Notes: generated by a model from the letters alone, not told the origin. A DNA stretch of 64,000 nucleotides from Planktothrix sp. GU0601_MAG3 (GCA_035193785.1 CP136572.1:4564578-4628577); one strand, 5' to 3'; positions 12,122 through 24,380 are shown, counted from the first letter of the stretch. Numbers and translations are program-made.

Positions 12122-12927
12122 TCAGATAAAAATTTAACAATTGCATGAATCCATTGTTGAGGATTTTCAATTAAAATATTATGACCACAATTGGGGATAA
12201 TTTGCAACTGGGAAACGGGACATAATTGGTTAATTTCTTGGTTAATATGTTTAAATTTATGATCATATTCCCCGACCAACAGCAATAGGGGTATTTGATT
12301 TTCTGATAATTTTTCCCATAAAGAGGGTTGATTTCCGGTTCCCAAATAACGCAGAGATTTCGATAACTCCAGGGGATTATTCTTTAAACGATGCTCAAAA
12401 ACTTGGTCAAATTCAGGATGATTTGTTAGGGTTTTAAATAGGGGTTGATGATACCATTTTTCTAAAAACAGGGTAAAGTCTATGGTTTGCAGTTGTTGGG
12501 CTTTTTGATTATCTGAAATTAACCTTTGTAACCTTTCTGATTCGGTTTTTAGTCCTGGGGATGTGGATTCTAATATTACTTTTTGAAAATATTGGGGGAA
12601 ATTCAGGGTTAAATATAATCCTAATCTTCCCCCCATAGAATATCCCATTAAATAACATTGGGAAATCTTCAGATGGTTTAACACCTCTATTAATGCGGTT
12701 GCTGTTTCTGGCATTTTATAACAGCTATCCTCCCCTAAAACTTGGGTTTTCCCATGTCCAGGGAGGTCGATGGTTAAACAACAAAACCGGGTAAATAGTG
12801 GGGAAATTCGGGTGTTAAAATCCTGACTATTTCCCATAAATCCATGTAGAAATAGAATAATAGGTTGATTAGGATTGCCGTTTAGGGTATAATAAAACCT
12901 ATAGTAATTTAGCTTTAAAAACGGCAT
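12118..12927 (-). CDS. menH: SHCHC synthase (alpha/beta hydrolase)
   Basis: FLHGFMG, DLPGHG, GYSMGGR, GEYDHKF, GHN; overlaps the menC start. Confidence 0.9.
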   Translation of the reverse strand: MPFLKLNYYRFYYTLNGNPNQPIILFLHGFMGNSQDFNTRISPLFTRFCCLTIDLPGHGKTQVLGEDSCYKMPETATALIEVLNHLKISQCYLMGYSMGGRLGLYLTLNFPQYFQKVILESTSPGLKTESERLQRLISDNQKAQQLQTIDFTLFLEKWYHQPLFKTLTNHPEFDQVFEHRLKNNPLELSKSLRYLGTGNQPSLWEKLSENQIPLLLLVGEYDHKFKHINQEINQLCPVSQLQIIPNCGHNILIENPQQWIHAIVKFLSE

Positions 12928-12944
12928 AAAATTTGATGAATTTA

Positions 12945-13133
12945 TTAATCTAGTAACCAATGTAAAAAGGGAATAGAAGAGGCACAGAAAGCCATAAATC
13001 CAAATAATCCGAATAACATTCCAAACAATAGAAATTCTTCTCCTTTTTGTTTGGCTAGTTTAACAATTAAATAGCTGTAACCATAAGAGGCGATAAAGAA
13101 AATAACGATAAATGCGGTAAAATAATATTGCAT
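12945..13133 (-). CDS. Small hypothetical membrane protein (62 aa)
   Basis: Two hydrophobic segments; co-directional and adjacent to menH. Confidence 0.5.
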   Translation of the reverse strand: MQYYFTAFIVIFFIASYGYSYLIVKLAKQKGEEFLLFGMLFGLFGFMAFCASSIPFLHWLLD

Positions 13134-13249
13134 TGTGTTTTAGCTCAAATTAGATTCAGCCACTTTTAAGTAGCTTTACTGATTATTGTACTAAACTTTT
13201 GTTAAATAGGGGCAGATTTGAAATAACTTGAAAAAATACTTTAGTATTA

Positions 13250-13277
13250 GTAGAGACGTTCCATGGAACATCCCTAC
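13250..13277. repeat. GTAG-type REP hairpin
   Basis: GTAGAGACGTTCCATGGAACATCCCTAC; relatives at ~15634, ~33745 and ~38461. Confidence 0.7.
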
Positions 13278-13305
13278 TTGTCGGGATATGAATAATAAAT
13301 GAGTT

Positions 13306-14022
13306 TTAACGAATATTTTCTAAAGGAATATCTAAAAGGCCGTATTTATCCCATCCTGGGGCATCAAAATGCCACCATTCTGTAATTAAGGGAATAAATC
13401 CCTGTTGCTTCATTTTAGCAGCTAGTAAGTCACTATTCCGACGAACTTGGGGAGAATTTCCGGGGTAATCTCTAGCAGCTTTGTCGGTAAAATCATCAAA
13501 GGCAGTTGGCATTTCTAATTCAGCGCCAGTGCGAAAATCAACTAAGGTTAAATCAACCGCCGCCCCTCGGTTATGGCGAGACCCTTTGGCGGGGTTTGCC
13601 ACATAACGATTATCGGGTAAAATTGCCCACATTTGACGGGTCACAGATAGGGGACGATAACAGTCATAGACTTTTAATCCTAACCCCATTTGTTCTAAAT
13701 CCTGTTGTACTCTTGATAGGCGTTTGGCAACATCAGAACGTAATAAACATCGGGGAACAGAATAGATTTTTTTCTTTAAAAAATTGTTAGTTGTGGCGTA
13801 GCGAATATCGTGACGAATATTCAGGTTAACACTTTTAATATCAACTAATTTGTCTGCTTCTGGCACTTGGTTATAATCTTGGATAACTAAAGGAGGAGAC
13901 GTAGGAGGGGAAGCGGGGGAAGTAGGAGGGACGGTTAAATTTTGAGCGTGAACGGCATTACAGTTAATACCCAAAATTAGGAATAAAAACAAAAATAATC
14001 GCATCAGTATTTGAGAAAGCAT
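13306..14022 (-). CDS. D-alanyl-D-alanine dipeptidase (peptidase M15D, VanX/DdpX family), with signal peptide
   Basis: IRYATTNNF, YDCYRP, SRHNRGAAVD, EWWHF. Confidence 0.92.
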   Translation of the reverse strand: MLSQILMRLFLFLFLILGINCNAVHAQNLTVPPTSPASPPTSPPLVIQDYNQVPEADKLVDIKSVNLNIRHDIRYATTNNFLKKKIYSVPRCLLRSDVAKRLSRVQQDLEQMGLGLKVYDCYRPLSVTRQMWAILPDNRYVANPAKGSRHNRGAAVDLTLVDFRTGAELEMPTAFDDFTDKAARDYPGNSPQVRRNSDLLAAKMKQQGFIPLITEWWHFDAPGWDKYGLLDIPLENIR

Positions 14023-14082
14023 AGGGTTAAAATGATGGTGATGTAATTAGTTATAAACCGGGTTTATTTAGTGCAAAATCCT

Positions 14083-14110
14083 GTAGGGGTGAGGCGCACC
14101 TCGCCCCTAG
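14083..14110. repeat. GTAG-type REP hairpin
   Basis: GTAGGGGTGAGGCGCACCTCGCCCCTAG. Confidence 0.65.
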
Positions 14111-14141
14111 GATGAATTGGGTTTAAAAACCTGGTTTGTTT

Positions 14142-15438
14142 TTATATATCTAACCGTTGGTAAACTTGATCGAGGTTTTTCAAGTGATGTTTTGGATCAA
14201 AACAAGCATCAATTTCTGCGGGAGATAATGTAGCTTTAACTTGATCATTTTCCCTAATTAAAGATTGGAAATCCCCGTCGGTTTTATTCCAGGCAATATG
14301 GGCGCAGGATTGGACAATTTTATAGGCTTCTTCGCGGCTAATCCCTTTTTCAACTAAGGTTAATAACACCCGTTGACTGAAAACAACACCACCATAAAGG
14401 TTCATATTGCGCTTCATATTTTCGGGATAAACTAACAGATTCTTAACTAAATCCGTGAGTTCTACTAACATAAAATGAGCTACCGTTGAAGAATCAGGTA
14501 AAATCATTCGTTCAACGCAACTATGGGAAATATCCCGTTCATGCCAGAGGGCAACATTTTCTAATGCCGCCACCGCATTTCCCCGAATAATTCGCGCCAT
14601 TCCGGTTAAGCGTTCACTGCGAATAGGGTTGCGTTTATGGGGCATGGCAGAGGAACCTTTTTGACCCTTAGCAAAAAATTCTTCTACTTCTAAAACATCG
14701 GTGCGTTGTAGGTTCCGAATTTCCACCGCAAACCGTTCAATACTAGCGGCTAATAAGGCTAAAGTTTGCACATATTCCGCATGAATATCCCGGGAAATAA
14801 CTTGGGTGGAAGCGGTATCGGGTTCGAGTCCTAAGTTTTGACAGGCGATCGCTTCTATCCTCGGATCGACATTAGCATAGGTTCCCACGGCCCCAGAGAC
14901 TTTACCCACCGCCACGGTTTGACGTAGACGCACTAAACGTTCCCGGTTGCGACAAACTTCCGCTAACCATCCGGCCAATTTAAACCCAAAGGTGATCGGT
15001 TTCAGCGTGGATACCATGGGATCTACCAATCATCACCGTATCTCGATGTTGTTGCGCTTGGTAACGAATAGCCTGACTTAAGGCTTCCGTGCGTTCTAAC
15101 AACACATCCACACTGGCCACCAACTGCAAGGCTAGGGCCGTATCCAAGACATCGGAACTGGTTAAGCCTAAATGAATGTAGCGTCCGGCATCCCCAACAT
15201 ATTCGTTAACATTGGTTAAAAAGGCAATCATGTCATGGCGGACTTCGGCTTCAATTTCCAGCACCCGCTTAATATCAAAATTCGCCTTAGCCTTAATTTC
15301 CTCAACGGCTTCCGATGGGATATATCCTAACTCCGCCTGAGCCTCACAGACGGCTATTTCTACTTGTAACCAAGTTTGTAGCTTGTAAGTCTCTGTCCAC
15401 AAATTGCCCATTTCGGGCAAAGTATACCGTTCTATCAT
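14142..15438 (-). CDS. purB: Adenylosuccinate lyase (frameshift at ~15001)
   Basis: MIERYT, RHD, HLGLTSSD, GRSHGIHAEP.TFG, SSAMPHKRNP. Confidence 0.96.
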
Positions 15439-15633
15439 ATTCTGGGTTTAGATTTGATCGCTTTGATGTTCCAATAGACTTTAATCGTTCAACAGTAGAC
15501 TGGTGAAACAGTTGTAGCCCAATTTCCTATCTACTGCATCCGAGGTAGGTCACTCATATCCCATTTAGCACAACTGTCCTATTTTAACTTTTGATGTGGA
15601 TTAGCGATCGCAACCCCTCAAAAAGAAATCACC

Positions 15634-15732
15634 GTAGAGACGAGCCACGGCGCGTCTCTCTCCCCCTCTCTCCCCCTCCCACCAGCCACGGCGCGTCTCT
15701 CTCCCCCACGAGCCACGGCGCATTTATCTCTC
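15634..15732. repeat. REP-derived triple repeat AGCCACGGCGCGTCTCTC
   Basis: Three imperfect copies starting GTAGAGACGAGCCACGGCGCGTCTCT. Confidence 0.6.
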
Positions 15733-15760
15733 TAATTCCTACAGTTAGTATAATAGGTAA

Positions 15761-16354
15761 TTAAGCAACTTTTGTTAATATAAAAACACTCCCCACATTT
15801 CCCCGTCCGATTCTTAAATCTTCATCTAAATAGGTAATATCTAACCAGCCTTTTTGATCCCGGGCTTGTAAACTAAAATCAATGGCAATAAATTTTTTTC
15901 CCATTTCAATATCCGCAATCAAATTATCGGGAGATTGATAACCGATAAATCTTTGAGAACCGATAATAAAGCGATTGAATTTAACATTAACTCGTTTTTC
16001 CGAAACGGGTTCAAATTCGGCGGCTACACTCACTAATCCTTCTAAGAACGGTAAACTCTGAACTTCTGCAATATTATAAACTTTCCGATCCGCCACCCGA
16101 ATACATTGATAAATTTGCCCTAACTCAAGCAAGGGAAATCGACCAATTCCGAGTAATTCATCACTACTGGTATACAATAGTCGCCAATTTCCATTCAGGA
16201 GTTCAGGAACTTCTAGGGGTCGGGGGTTAGGATTAAATTCTTCCAGTTGGGTCAAGACGGACAAAATAGCCGCTTTATCCCCTGGGGTGGCGAGTAGACC
16301 GCGATTTTTCCCAGCAATCATTTCTAATAAAAGGGCTTTTTTGGAGTTGGTCAT
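15761..16354 (-). CDS. PAP/fibrillin family protein
   Basis: NRGLLA, LNGNWRLLYTSS, GWLDITYLDEDLRIGRGNVGSVFIL. Confidence 0.92.
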   Translation of the reverse strand: MTNSKKALLLEMIAGKNRGLLATPGDKAAILSVLTQLEEFNPNPRPLEVPELLNGNWRLLYTSSDELLGIGRFPLLELGQIYQCIRVADRKVYNIAEVQSLPFLEGLVSVAAEFEPVSEKRVNVKFNRFIIGSQRFIGYQSPDNLIADIEMGKKFIAIDFSLQARDQKGWLDITYLDEDLRIGRGNVGSVFILTKVA

Positions 16355-16506
16355 AGTTTTATCTTATGTTTGATCAATTATTGGTTAGCTTTTTTAAATC
16401 TATAAGATTCAAAATAGATTAAAAAAATATGATACTGTCCATAACCAATGATTGTGTAAAATTAGATTAAGTCTAACTCAATTCTATTTGACGCCGAAAA
16501 CTAAAA

Positions 16507-16753
16507 ATGCTTAACCCATCCTTGCGAGAAATCCCAGCCCATGAAACCGGCTGATGTGATTCCTTCCAAACAAGAAATGTCACTGATAGTTTGGTTGGAG
16601 TCCACCGGACGTCTAATCGAACGGGATACCGTCACCAGTACCACAACCGTTGACTATTTGGAGGAGGAAGAAGAAATCACCGATCTGATTTCCGTTGATG
16701 ACTCTGCCTATGATGACGACGACGATGATGATGATGATCTATCAGAAGGCTAG
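16507..16753 (+). CDS. DUF3134-like small acidic protein (frameshift at ~16545)
   Basis: MLNPSLREIPAHE-PADVIP...SLIVWLESTGRL with an acidic tail; upstream of mraY. Confidence 0.7.
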
Positions 16754-16819
16754 AAATAGACGCTAGGAAACTAGCGATTTCTGGGATTGTTTTTGTGGTG
16801 TTGAGGATTAAAAATTTTT

Positions 16820-17926
16820 GTGGATAGCAAACTTTATTCGGTTAAATCATCCAACTGGTCTGGACAAACCCTATTATTCCTTCTAAGTTTAGGGTTGGGC
16901 TTGTTCGCTTTTAGTTTAGACCGGGTGAACAATAATTCATTTCAAGTTCAAGGCTCGTTATTTTTACCCGCTTTGATTAGTGCGATCGCCGTTTCTATCT
17001 TAGGATATTGGGCAATTCCGCTTTTAGTCAAGATTAAAGCCGGACAATTTATTCGAGAAGATGGCCCCCAAGCCCACTTACAAAAGGCCGGAACTCCAAC
17101 CATGGGAGGGGTATTTTTTATTCCTGTGGGAGTGGCGATCTCTTTAATTCTAACTCAATTTCATCCCCATGTGATCGCCGTTTCCGCCCTAACCTTAGCC
17201 TACGGATTTATTGGTTGGTTAGATGACTGGCAGATTTTAAGACGTAAATCAAATAAAGGGATTTCTCCTAGAATGAAATTGGCGTTGCAGTTGGGTTTTG
17301 CAACGCTATTTTGTGTCTGGTTAGCAGTAACCCAATCTTCAGCTTTAACCACCGTTGCTTTACCTTTAGGACTGGCAATTCCCCTGGGATTGTTATTCTG
17401 GCCCCTGGCAATTTTTGCCCAAGTTGCTGAAAGTAACGCCACCAATTTAACCGATGGTGTGGATGGGTTAATGGGCGGGTTAGGTGCGATCGCATTTTTG
17501 GGTTTGGGAGCCTATGTCGCCCCCAGCGCACCGGAATTAACCACTTTTTGTGCTTGTATGAGTGGCAGTTGTTTGGGATTTGTCACCCACAACCGCAACC
17601 CCGCCAAAGTATTTATGGGAGATACGGGAGCCCTAGCATTGGGGGGCAGTTTAGCCACGGTTGCCCTATTAACTAATAGTTTATGGGTGTTATTAATAAT
17701 TAGCGGAATTTTCTTTGTGGAAACCCTCTCTGTAATTGCTCAAGTTAGCTATTATAAAGCCACAAAAAATGCCGAGGGCGTGGGCAAACGTCTGTTCAAA
17801 ATGGCTCCTCTACATCACCATTTAGAATTATCAGGATGGCAAGAAACCCAAGTGGTCGGGAGTTTCTATTTAATTAATGCTATCTTAGTATTAATTACCC
17901 TGCTTCTAGGATACAATCATTTCTAG
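16820..17926 (+). CDS. mraY: Phospho-N-acetylmuramoyl-pentapeptide transferase
   Basis: KAGTPTMGG, GWLDD, NATNLTDGVDGL, VFMGDTG, MAPLHHHLEL. Confidence 0.96.
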   Translation: MDSKLYSVKSSNWSGQTLLFLLSLGLGLFAFSLDRVNNNSFQVQGSLFLPALISAIAVSILGYWAIPLLVKIKAGQFIREDGPQAHLQKAGTPTMGGVFFIPVGVAISLILTQFHPHVIAVSALTLAYGFIGWLDDWQILRRKSNKGISPRMKLALQLGFATLFCVWLAVTQSSALTTVALPLGLAIPLGLLFWPLAIFAQVAESNATNLTDGVDGLMGGLGAIAFLGLGAYVAPSAPELTTFCACMSGSCLGFVTHNRNPAKVFMGDTGALALGGSLATVALLTNSLWVLLIISGIFFVETLSVIAQVSYYKATKNAEGVGKRLFKMAPLHHHLELSGWQETQVVGSFYLINAILVLITLLLGYNHF

Positions 17927-17941
17927 GTTTTTTACCGAATT

Positions 17942-18869
17942 ATGATTAACCTTTCTGTTGTTATCCCGGTTTATAATGGTGGGACTGATTTGCCGGATTT
18001 AATTGAATGCTTGCGATCGCAAACCTATCCGGCTGATCAAGTAGAATATTTATTAGTTGATAACAATAGTCAGGATAATTCTGTCTCTATTGTTCAGGAA
18101 TTAGCCACATCTACTGCAATTAATATTCGTTTCCCTATCAGAAAATAATATCCAAAGTTCCTATGCCGCTCGCAATGCCGGAATTAGAGTTGCCACCAGT
18201 GATATTATCGCCTTTACCGATATGGATTGCCGACCGGAACCCCAATGGTTAGAGCAATTAATTCAACCCTTTTCTAACCCCAATATTGGTCTGGTAGCGG
18301 GTGAAATTATCGCCTTACCCAGTTACAATTTATTAGAAAAATATGCCGATAAACAGGAAACTTTATCCCAAAAACACACCTTAAATAATAGCTTTTTGCC
18401 CTATGGTCAAACCGCTAATTTAGCCATTCGGCGTAAAATTTTTGAACAGGTGGGTTTATTCCGTCCCTACCTCACCACCGGGGGCGATGCGGATATGTGT
18501 TGGCGGATTCAACAACAAACCAATTATCAATTAGAATTGGCATCCCAAGCAATAGTTAAACACCGTCATCGGTCTACCTTAAAAGCATTAAAAAGTCAGT
18601 GGCGACGCTACGGAGAATCTAACCGTTATTTACATGAACTCCATGGGATTAATTTAATGAAAGAGTTAACACCTACTGATTATTTGTATCGCTTAGGACG
18701 TTGGGTTTTAAAAGAATTACCCCTGGGTACGGTCAAACTATTAACTGGAAAAGCCGAAATCGTGGATTTAATTAGTACCCCCATCTCGTTATTCAATGGA
18801 AATGCCCGTTTCCAAGGACAACAACAGGCGAAATTATCAGAACAAGCAAAAGTAATTGAACGACTTTAA
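17942..18869 (+). CDS. Glycosyltransferase family 2 (frameshift at ~18131)
   Basis: SVVIPVYNG, VDNNSQD, YAARNAG, AFTDMDC, GGDAD. Confidence 0.88.
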
Positions 18870-18947
18870 AATTTAAGTATTATCACAACTATTTTAACTT
18901 TTTTTAGGGGATAATTCAGATTATACCTGTTTGTTGATCCAATCGCC

Positions 18948-19758
18948 ATGACTCAATTTAGACTGTCTCAACAACACTTAAATTTGTTGTCTCTGTGTCC
19001 TCGCAAATTTCAATATACCTATTTAGATCAGTTAGTTTCACCCACTTCTCCAGAAACAGGAAGAACGCATCGCCTGGGGAAATCAGTTTCACCTATTAAT
19101 GCAGCAACATGAGTTAGGATTACCTGTGGATTTGTTACTTACCCAAGATCAGGAATTAAAACGCTGTTATACTGAATTTTTAAGCGTAGCATCGGATATT
19201 TTTGAGTTAAATTCCGATCCCGCAATCGGCGTTTTTAGAGAAGCAGAACATTACCGCAGTTTAAATTTTAATCAGGATTTATTAGTAGTTATTTATGATT
19301 TAATTAAAGCCGAAGAAAAACAAGCCCAAATCTTTGATTGGAAAACCTATCCCCGCCCTCAAAATCGCCAGCTTTTAGAAAATAATTGGCAAACTCGTTT
19401 ATATCCTTATCTTTTAGTGGAAACCAGTCAATATTTACCCGAACAAGTTTCGATGACCTATTGGTTTGTTAAGTCTCCCCAAAAACAGCCTCCTCAATGT
19501 TTACACTTTCCCTATACTCAACAACAACATCAGAAAAATCAACAGGACTTAAAGCAACTAATTGATCAATTTCATAACTATTTAGACCGTTATCAACAAG
19601 GTGAATTTTTTCCCCAAGTTGATAGAAGTCAAGGACATTGTAAATCCTGTCAATTTGCTATCCGTTGTCAACGGGTTTCTGAAGAATTAACTTTTGATCA
19701 GCCCTTAAATTCTCTGAATCTATATAATATTGATCAAGTTCAAGAAGTGATAATTTAA
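18948..19758 (+). CDS. PD-(D/E)XK nuclease family protein (Cas4/AddB-like Cys cluster; frameshift at ~19056)
   Basis: N-terminal LSQQHL..LCPRKF, G..FHL, YDL, IFDWKT, Q.RLY, C-terminal CKSCQFAIRC. Confidence 0.82.
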
Positions 19759-19762
19759 ACCT

Positions 19763-22138
19763 ATGTGGCAAATTCAACCAAATTTAGAGACTCCTGATTG
19801 GATAATCCCGATTATTCAAGAGTTCGTTCCTGAAATTTCAGGGCAATATATTGCTCAATTATTATTACATAGAGGGATAAAAACCCCTCAACAATTGGTA
19901 GGATTTATCAACTATAATTCCTATCAACCATCCAGTCCATTTGAATTTGGAATAGAGATGGAGAGGGCAATTAAACGATTGATTTTAGCCCGAAATCAAC
20001 AAGAAATTATTACAATTTGGGGGGACTTTGATGCTGACGGAATTACAGCAACTTCCGTATTATGGGATGGTTTAGGACAGTTTTTTAGTCGAAAAAATCA
20101 GCAGTTATCCTATCATATCCCCAATCGGTTAACCGAATCCCACGGATTAAATTGTGCTGGAATTTATCAATTATATCAGCAGGGATGTCAGTTAATAGTT
20201 ACCTGCGATACCGGAAGTACCAACTTCAAAGAAATTGAATATGCAAATCAATTAGGTATTGATATTATCGTTACCGATCATCATACTTTACTCGAAGAAA
20301 GACCTCCAGTAGTTGCTATTATTAATCCCCGTTATTTGTCTTTAGATCATCCTTTATATCATCTATCGGGGGTGGCGGTTGCCTATAAATTGATTGAAGC
20401 ATTATATGAAACATTACCCAATATTCCCCAACGTCCCCTAGAGGATTTATTAGATTTAGTCGCCATTGGTTTAATTGCAGATTTAGTTCAACTTAAAGGA
20501 GATTGTCGATATTTAGCTCAATTGGGAATAAAAAAATTACAACAACAATTAAAAAATCCTACCCGTCCAGGGGTTGCTAAACTGTTAGATTTATGTAAAC
20601 GAACAGGCGATCGCCCCACCGATATTTCCTTTGGTCTTGGCCCTAGAATTAATGCCGTGAGTCGCATTTATGGGGATGCTAAATTCTGTGTTGAACTTCT
20701 GACCAGCCAGGATAAAAAACGCTGTCAACAATTAGCTATAGAAACCGAATTAGCCAATACCCGGCGCAAAGGATTACAAAAAGAAGTTAGCCGTGATGTG
20801 ATGGCAAAATTAAAAAAAATTGACCTATCTACGACTCAAGTTATTGTGTTATCCGATCCCCAATGGCCAGGGGGAGTTTTGGGTTTGGTGGCGGGTCAAG
20901 TAGCTCAAGAATATGGACGACCGACCATTTTATTAAGTACGGAAGGAACCATAGATTTAAGTAATTATCAGCAGGAAGTAAGCAATAATTCAGAAGTTAA
21001 ATTAGCCCGGGGTTCTGCTCGTTCAGTGAATCAAATTGATTTATATGAATTAGTCAAAAGTCAAGCCCATCTTTTGCATCGATTTGGAGGCCATCCCTTC
21101 GCCGCCGGGTTGAGTTTACCAATAGAAAATCTTTCGATCTTTATAGATGCGATTAATCGCCAAATGCGAGAACAATTAGATACTAATTTACCGGGGATTG
21201 GACAACGGAATATTCAAGTAGATTTGGTTTGTACCGTTGCCGAATTAGGGTTTGATTTATTTCAGGAATTAAAACTTTTAGAACCCTGTGGGATGGGAAA
21301 CCCAGTTCCTAAAATATTAATTCAAAATTGTTGGTTTACTAATGCCTGGAACACTTCAGAAAAGGATTTAAGAGGCCAAAAAGTTCAATATATTAAAACT
21401 ACCTTTGAACTATGGGATCAGTCCATATCAACTGGATTTCCCGGGGTATGGTGGGGACATTATAAAGATGAGTTACCCGCAGGACGATCAGATGTGATTG
21501 TGGAACTCGATTTTAATACCTTTAAAGAACAATATGAAATTAGAATTTTAGAATTACAATCTGCCCAAGCTCAGACTCCCCCAGCCTCGATTCATCTGGC
21601 TGATTATCCTATTTTAGATTATCGTAATCAAAACATTAATCTACCTTTATCCGATATACTAATTATTAAAGACTGTCCCACCTGTTGGGAAGATTTACAA
21701 TCTTGGTTTCGACGCGCCCATGCTGAAAAAAAACCCTTAGCGATCGCCTATACCCTACCAGAATTACTACCTCCTGAAAAAATTTGGGAACAACTGATCG
21801 GCATTGCCAAATATCTCAGTCGCACCCACCAACCCGTTAATACTCAACAACTCCGAAATCAATTAAACTTAGGAGTAATTCCCTTAAAAATTGGTTTTAA
21901 AATCTTAAAACAATTAGGCTTTAACATTGAATATCAAGATCAGAGGTTAGATATTAGCTGGCAAAAACCATCCGGTTTTCATCCTCCTGAAACCCTGAAT
22001 CAATTAATCCAAACCTTCCTATCTACCATCCAAGAAGAACAATTCCGTCGTCAATATTTCTGTAATATTCCTTTGTCAACCCTAGAATCAATCGCGATTC
22101 AAACCATCATCAAAGAAGGAAACAAAAACTTAAATTAA
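19763..22138 (+). CDS. recJ: Single-stranded-DNA-specific exonuclease
   Basis: GDFDADG, TCDTG, TDHH, ADLV, GPRINA, GSARS, GGHPFAAG, EPCGMGNP. Confidence 0.95.
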   Translation: MWQIQPNLETPDWIIPIIQEFVPEISGQYIAQLLLHRGIKTPQQLVGFINYNSYQPSSPFEFGIEMERAIKRLILARNQQEIITIWGDFDADGITATSVLWDGLGQFFSRKNQQLSYHIPNRLTESHGLNCAGIYQLYQQGCQLIVTCDTGSTNFKEIEYANQLGIDIIVTDHHTLLEERPPVVAIINPRYLSLDHPLYHLSGVAVAYKLIEALYETLPNIPQRPLEDLLDLVAIGLIADLVQLKGDCRYLAQLGIKKLQQQLKNPTRPGVAKLLDLCKRTGDRPTDISFGLGPRINAVSRIYGDAKFCVELLTSQDKKRCQQLAIETELANTRRKGLQKEVSRDVMAKLKKIDLSTTQVIVLSDPQWPGGVLGLVAGQVAQEYGRPTILLSTEGTIDLSNYQQEVSNNSEVKLARGSARSVNQIDLYELVKSQAHLLHRFGGHPFAAGLSLPIENLSIFIDAINRQMREQLDTNLPGIGQRNIQVDLVCTVAELGFDLFQELKLLEPCGMGNPVPKILIQNCWFTNAWNTSEKDLRGQKVQYIKTTFELWDQSISTGFPGVWWGHYKDELPAGRSDVIVELDFNTFKEQYEIRILELQSAQAQTPPASIHLADYPILDYRNQNINLPLSDILIIKDCPTCWEDLQSWFRRAHAEKKPLAIAYTLPELLPPEKIWEQLIGIAKYLSRTHQPVNTQQLRNQLNLGVIPLKIGFKILKQLGFNIEYQDQRLDISWQKPSGFHPPETLNQLIQTFLSTIQEEQFRRQYFCNIPLSTLESIAIQTIIKEGNKNLN

Positions 22139-22268
22139 CCATGAAATATAATGGGTTTTAAAATTCCTGAATTGGGAATCACCCATTTCTCCTAATCTTG
22201 TTGTACAATAGGAAATTGTACCCTTAAAATATCCCTGTGTAATTTCTCAAAAGGCAGGGAATCTAACT

Positions 22269-24303
22269 ATGGTAGTTTGTCCCCAGTGTCAATTTGAAAA
22301 CCCAAATCTAAATAAGTTTTGCCAAAGCTGCGGTACTTCTCTTACCCAGAAATATTGTCCTGAATGTGGGGCGACCGTGCCCCTAAATACCCTGGAATGT
22401 CACAACTGCGGGACAGTAACTGGAACAGTTTATCTGGCCGTGGTTAGCCCTTCGTCCTTAGTCGCTTCTCAACCTGATCAATTAGAATCCTTAAATAACG
22501 ACCATTTAGAGGGGGCCAGTACCGTCCCAGAATCGATTTCAGATCGAATTGAGACCGAACCCCCCACCCCGGATACCCCTCAAGAGTCAGACCCAACATC
22601 TGCGGCCGTTGAACCTGAAGAAGAAATTTTCGCCCAAGCGGATATCGAAGCCATTACCATCGCGCCCCAGGATGCCCTGAGTCCCTCCGATAACCCGTCA
22701 CCGGAGGAGGATAGTCTACAATCGCTCGAACTCCCCATTGGAGCCTATTTAGACCCCCAGCAGCGTTATCAACTCCTCGATCCCTTACCTCCGCTACAGT
22801 CGGGGGAAACCATCACGGTGAAGGTTTTAGATACCCAGCCCCTACAGCTATCTCCTTTAAAAGCCTTAGAAAAACAAGCCTCTACCCCCTCAGACCCACA
22901 ATTAGAGACTTTTATTATTACTGCGGCTCGGCCCTATTTTTCCTTGGCCTCCGAGCATTCCTACTATTTCCCCCGGTTACAAGATGCCTGGGAACAGCCG
23001 TTTTATAGTGTGATTCTTTTAGAAGATTTTACTAATTTTCCCCTATTATCTGACCTATGGAGTAACAAGAAAAACACAGCCCAACAAATTGTTTGTTGGT
23101 TAGAGGATTTAGTCAAACTCTGGATATTGTTGGAACCTTGGAACTGTCGTCAAAGTTTATTAGAAAATCAGAATTTAAGGGTTTTTCCTGAAGATTCTCA
23201 ACAGTTATGTTTAAAAAAATTGTATTTTGACTCCCCCAATTCCACCCTGAGTTTATCGGATTTAGGATTATTATGGCAGGAGTTATTTCGCGAATCCCAA
23301 CGAACTTTAGTGGGTTCCTTAACAGAAATATTACGCGATTTACTCGAAGGAAAAATTACAACTGTTGAACAATTGCAACAAGCCTTAAGGGGGGTTTTAG
23401 AAGAAATTAATTGTCCCTCGACCCCAGCCTCCCGACCCATCGACCCAACACAACCCCCATCACTGAGCTTAACCCAAGCCCCAACGGTGATTCCGACTCG
23501 GAAACTCAAATCCCTAGAAGCGGTGGGACGTACCGATATCGGACGTCAACGGGATCACAATGAGGACTGTTTTGGCATGGAAACCCAAATCAAGATTGAA
23601 GAAACACCCCTGGGACAAACAAGCTCCGTCCGGGGTTTATATATTCTCTGTGATGGGATGGGAGGACACGCCGGAGGGGAAGTGGCGAGTCAAATGGCGG
23701 TTGACACCCTGAAAGACTATTTCCAAAACCAATATCTCGAGGGACTCCCCACGGAGGAAATCCTACAGGATGCAATTCTGAAAGCCAATGAAGCGATTTA
23801 TACAGAAAATCAACAGGGCGTCCGTTTCCGGCGTGGGTCGCATGGGCACAACCCTAGTGATGGCTTTCGTAGTTGATCACCAAGTAGCAGTGGCTCATGT
23901 GGGAGATAGTCGATTATATCGTTTAACTCGCACCCATGGGTTACAGCAAGTCACCGTTGACCATGAAGTCGGACAACGGGAAATTCAAAAAGGAATTAAT
24001 CCAGAACTGGCTTACTCCCGTCCCGACGCCTATCAATTAACTCAAGCCCTAGGCCCGAGGGAGGAGCAGTTTGTCCATCCCGATGTTCAGTTTTTGGAAA
24101 TTGAGGAGGATACCGTTTTGATTATAGCATCCGACGGCCTAACGGATAATAACCTCTTGGAAATCTTCTGCGAAACTCAACTCAATCCCTTACTTAATCC
24201 TGAAACCAATTTAGCCACCGCCGTAGATGGTTTAATTGCTCTGGCAAATCAACATAATGGTCACGATAATATTACGGCTATTGTCGTTCGAGCTTGGGTG
24301 TAG
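22269..24303 (+). CDS. PP2C-type Ser/Thr phosphatase with N-terminal double zinc ribbon (frameshift at ~23826)
   Basis: CPQC..FCQSCG..CPECG..CHNCG; TDIGRQRDHNED, CDGMGGH, MGTT, HVGDSR, SDGL, GHDNIT. Confidence 0.9.
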
Positions 24304-24312
24304 TCGGGTAGG

Positions 24313-24380
24313 AGAGCAGGGGGAGCAGGGGAGCAGGGGAGGCAGGGGGAGCAGGGGGAGCAGGGGGAGCAGGGGGAGCT
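24313..24380. repeat. Short tandem repeat (GGGGGAGCA)n
   Basis: About 7 copies of a 9-10-bp unit. Confidence 0.85.
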
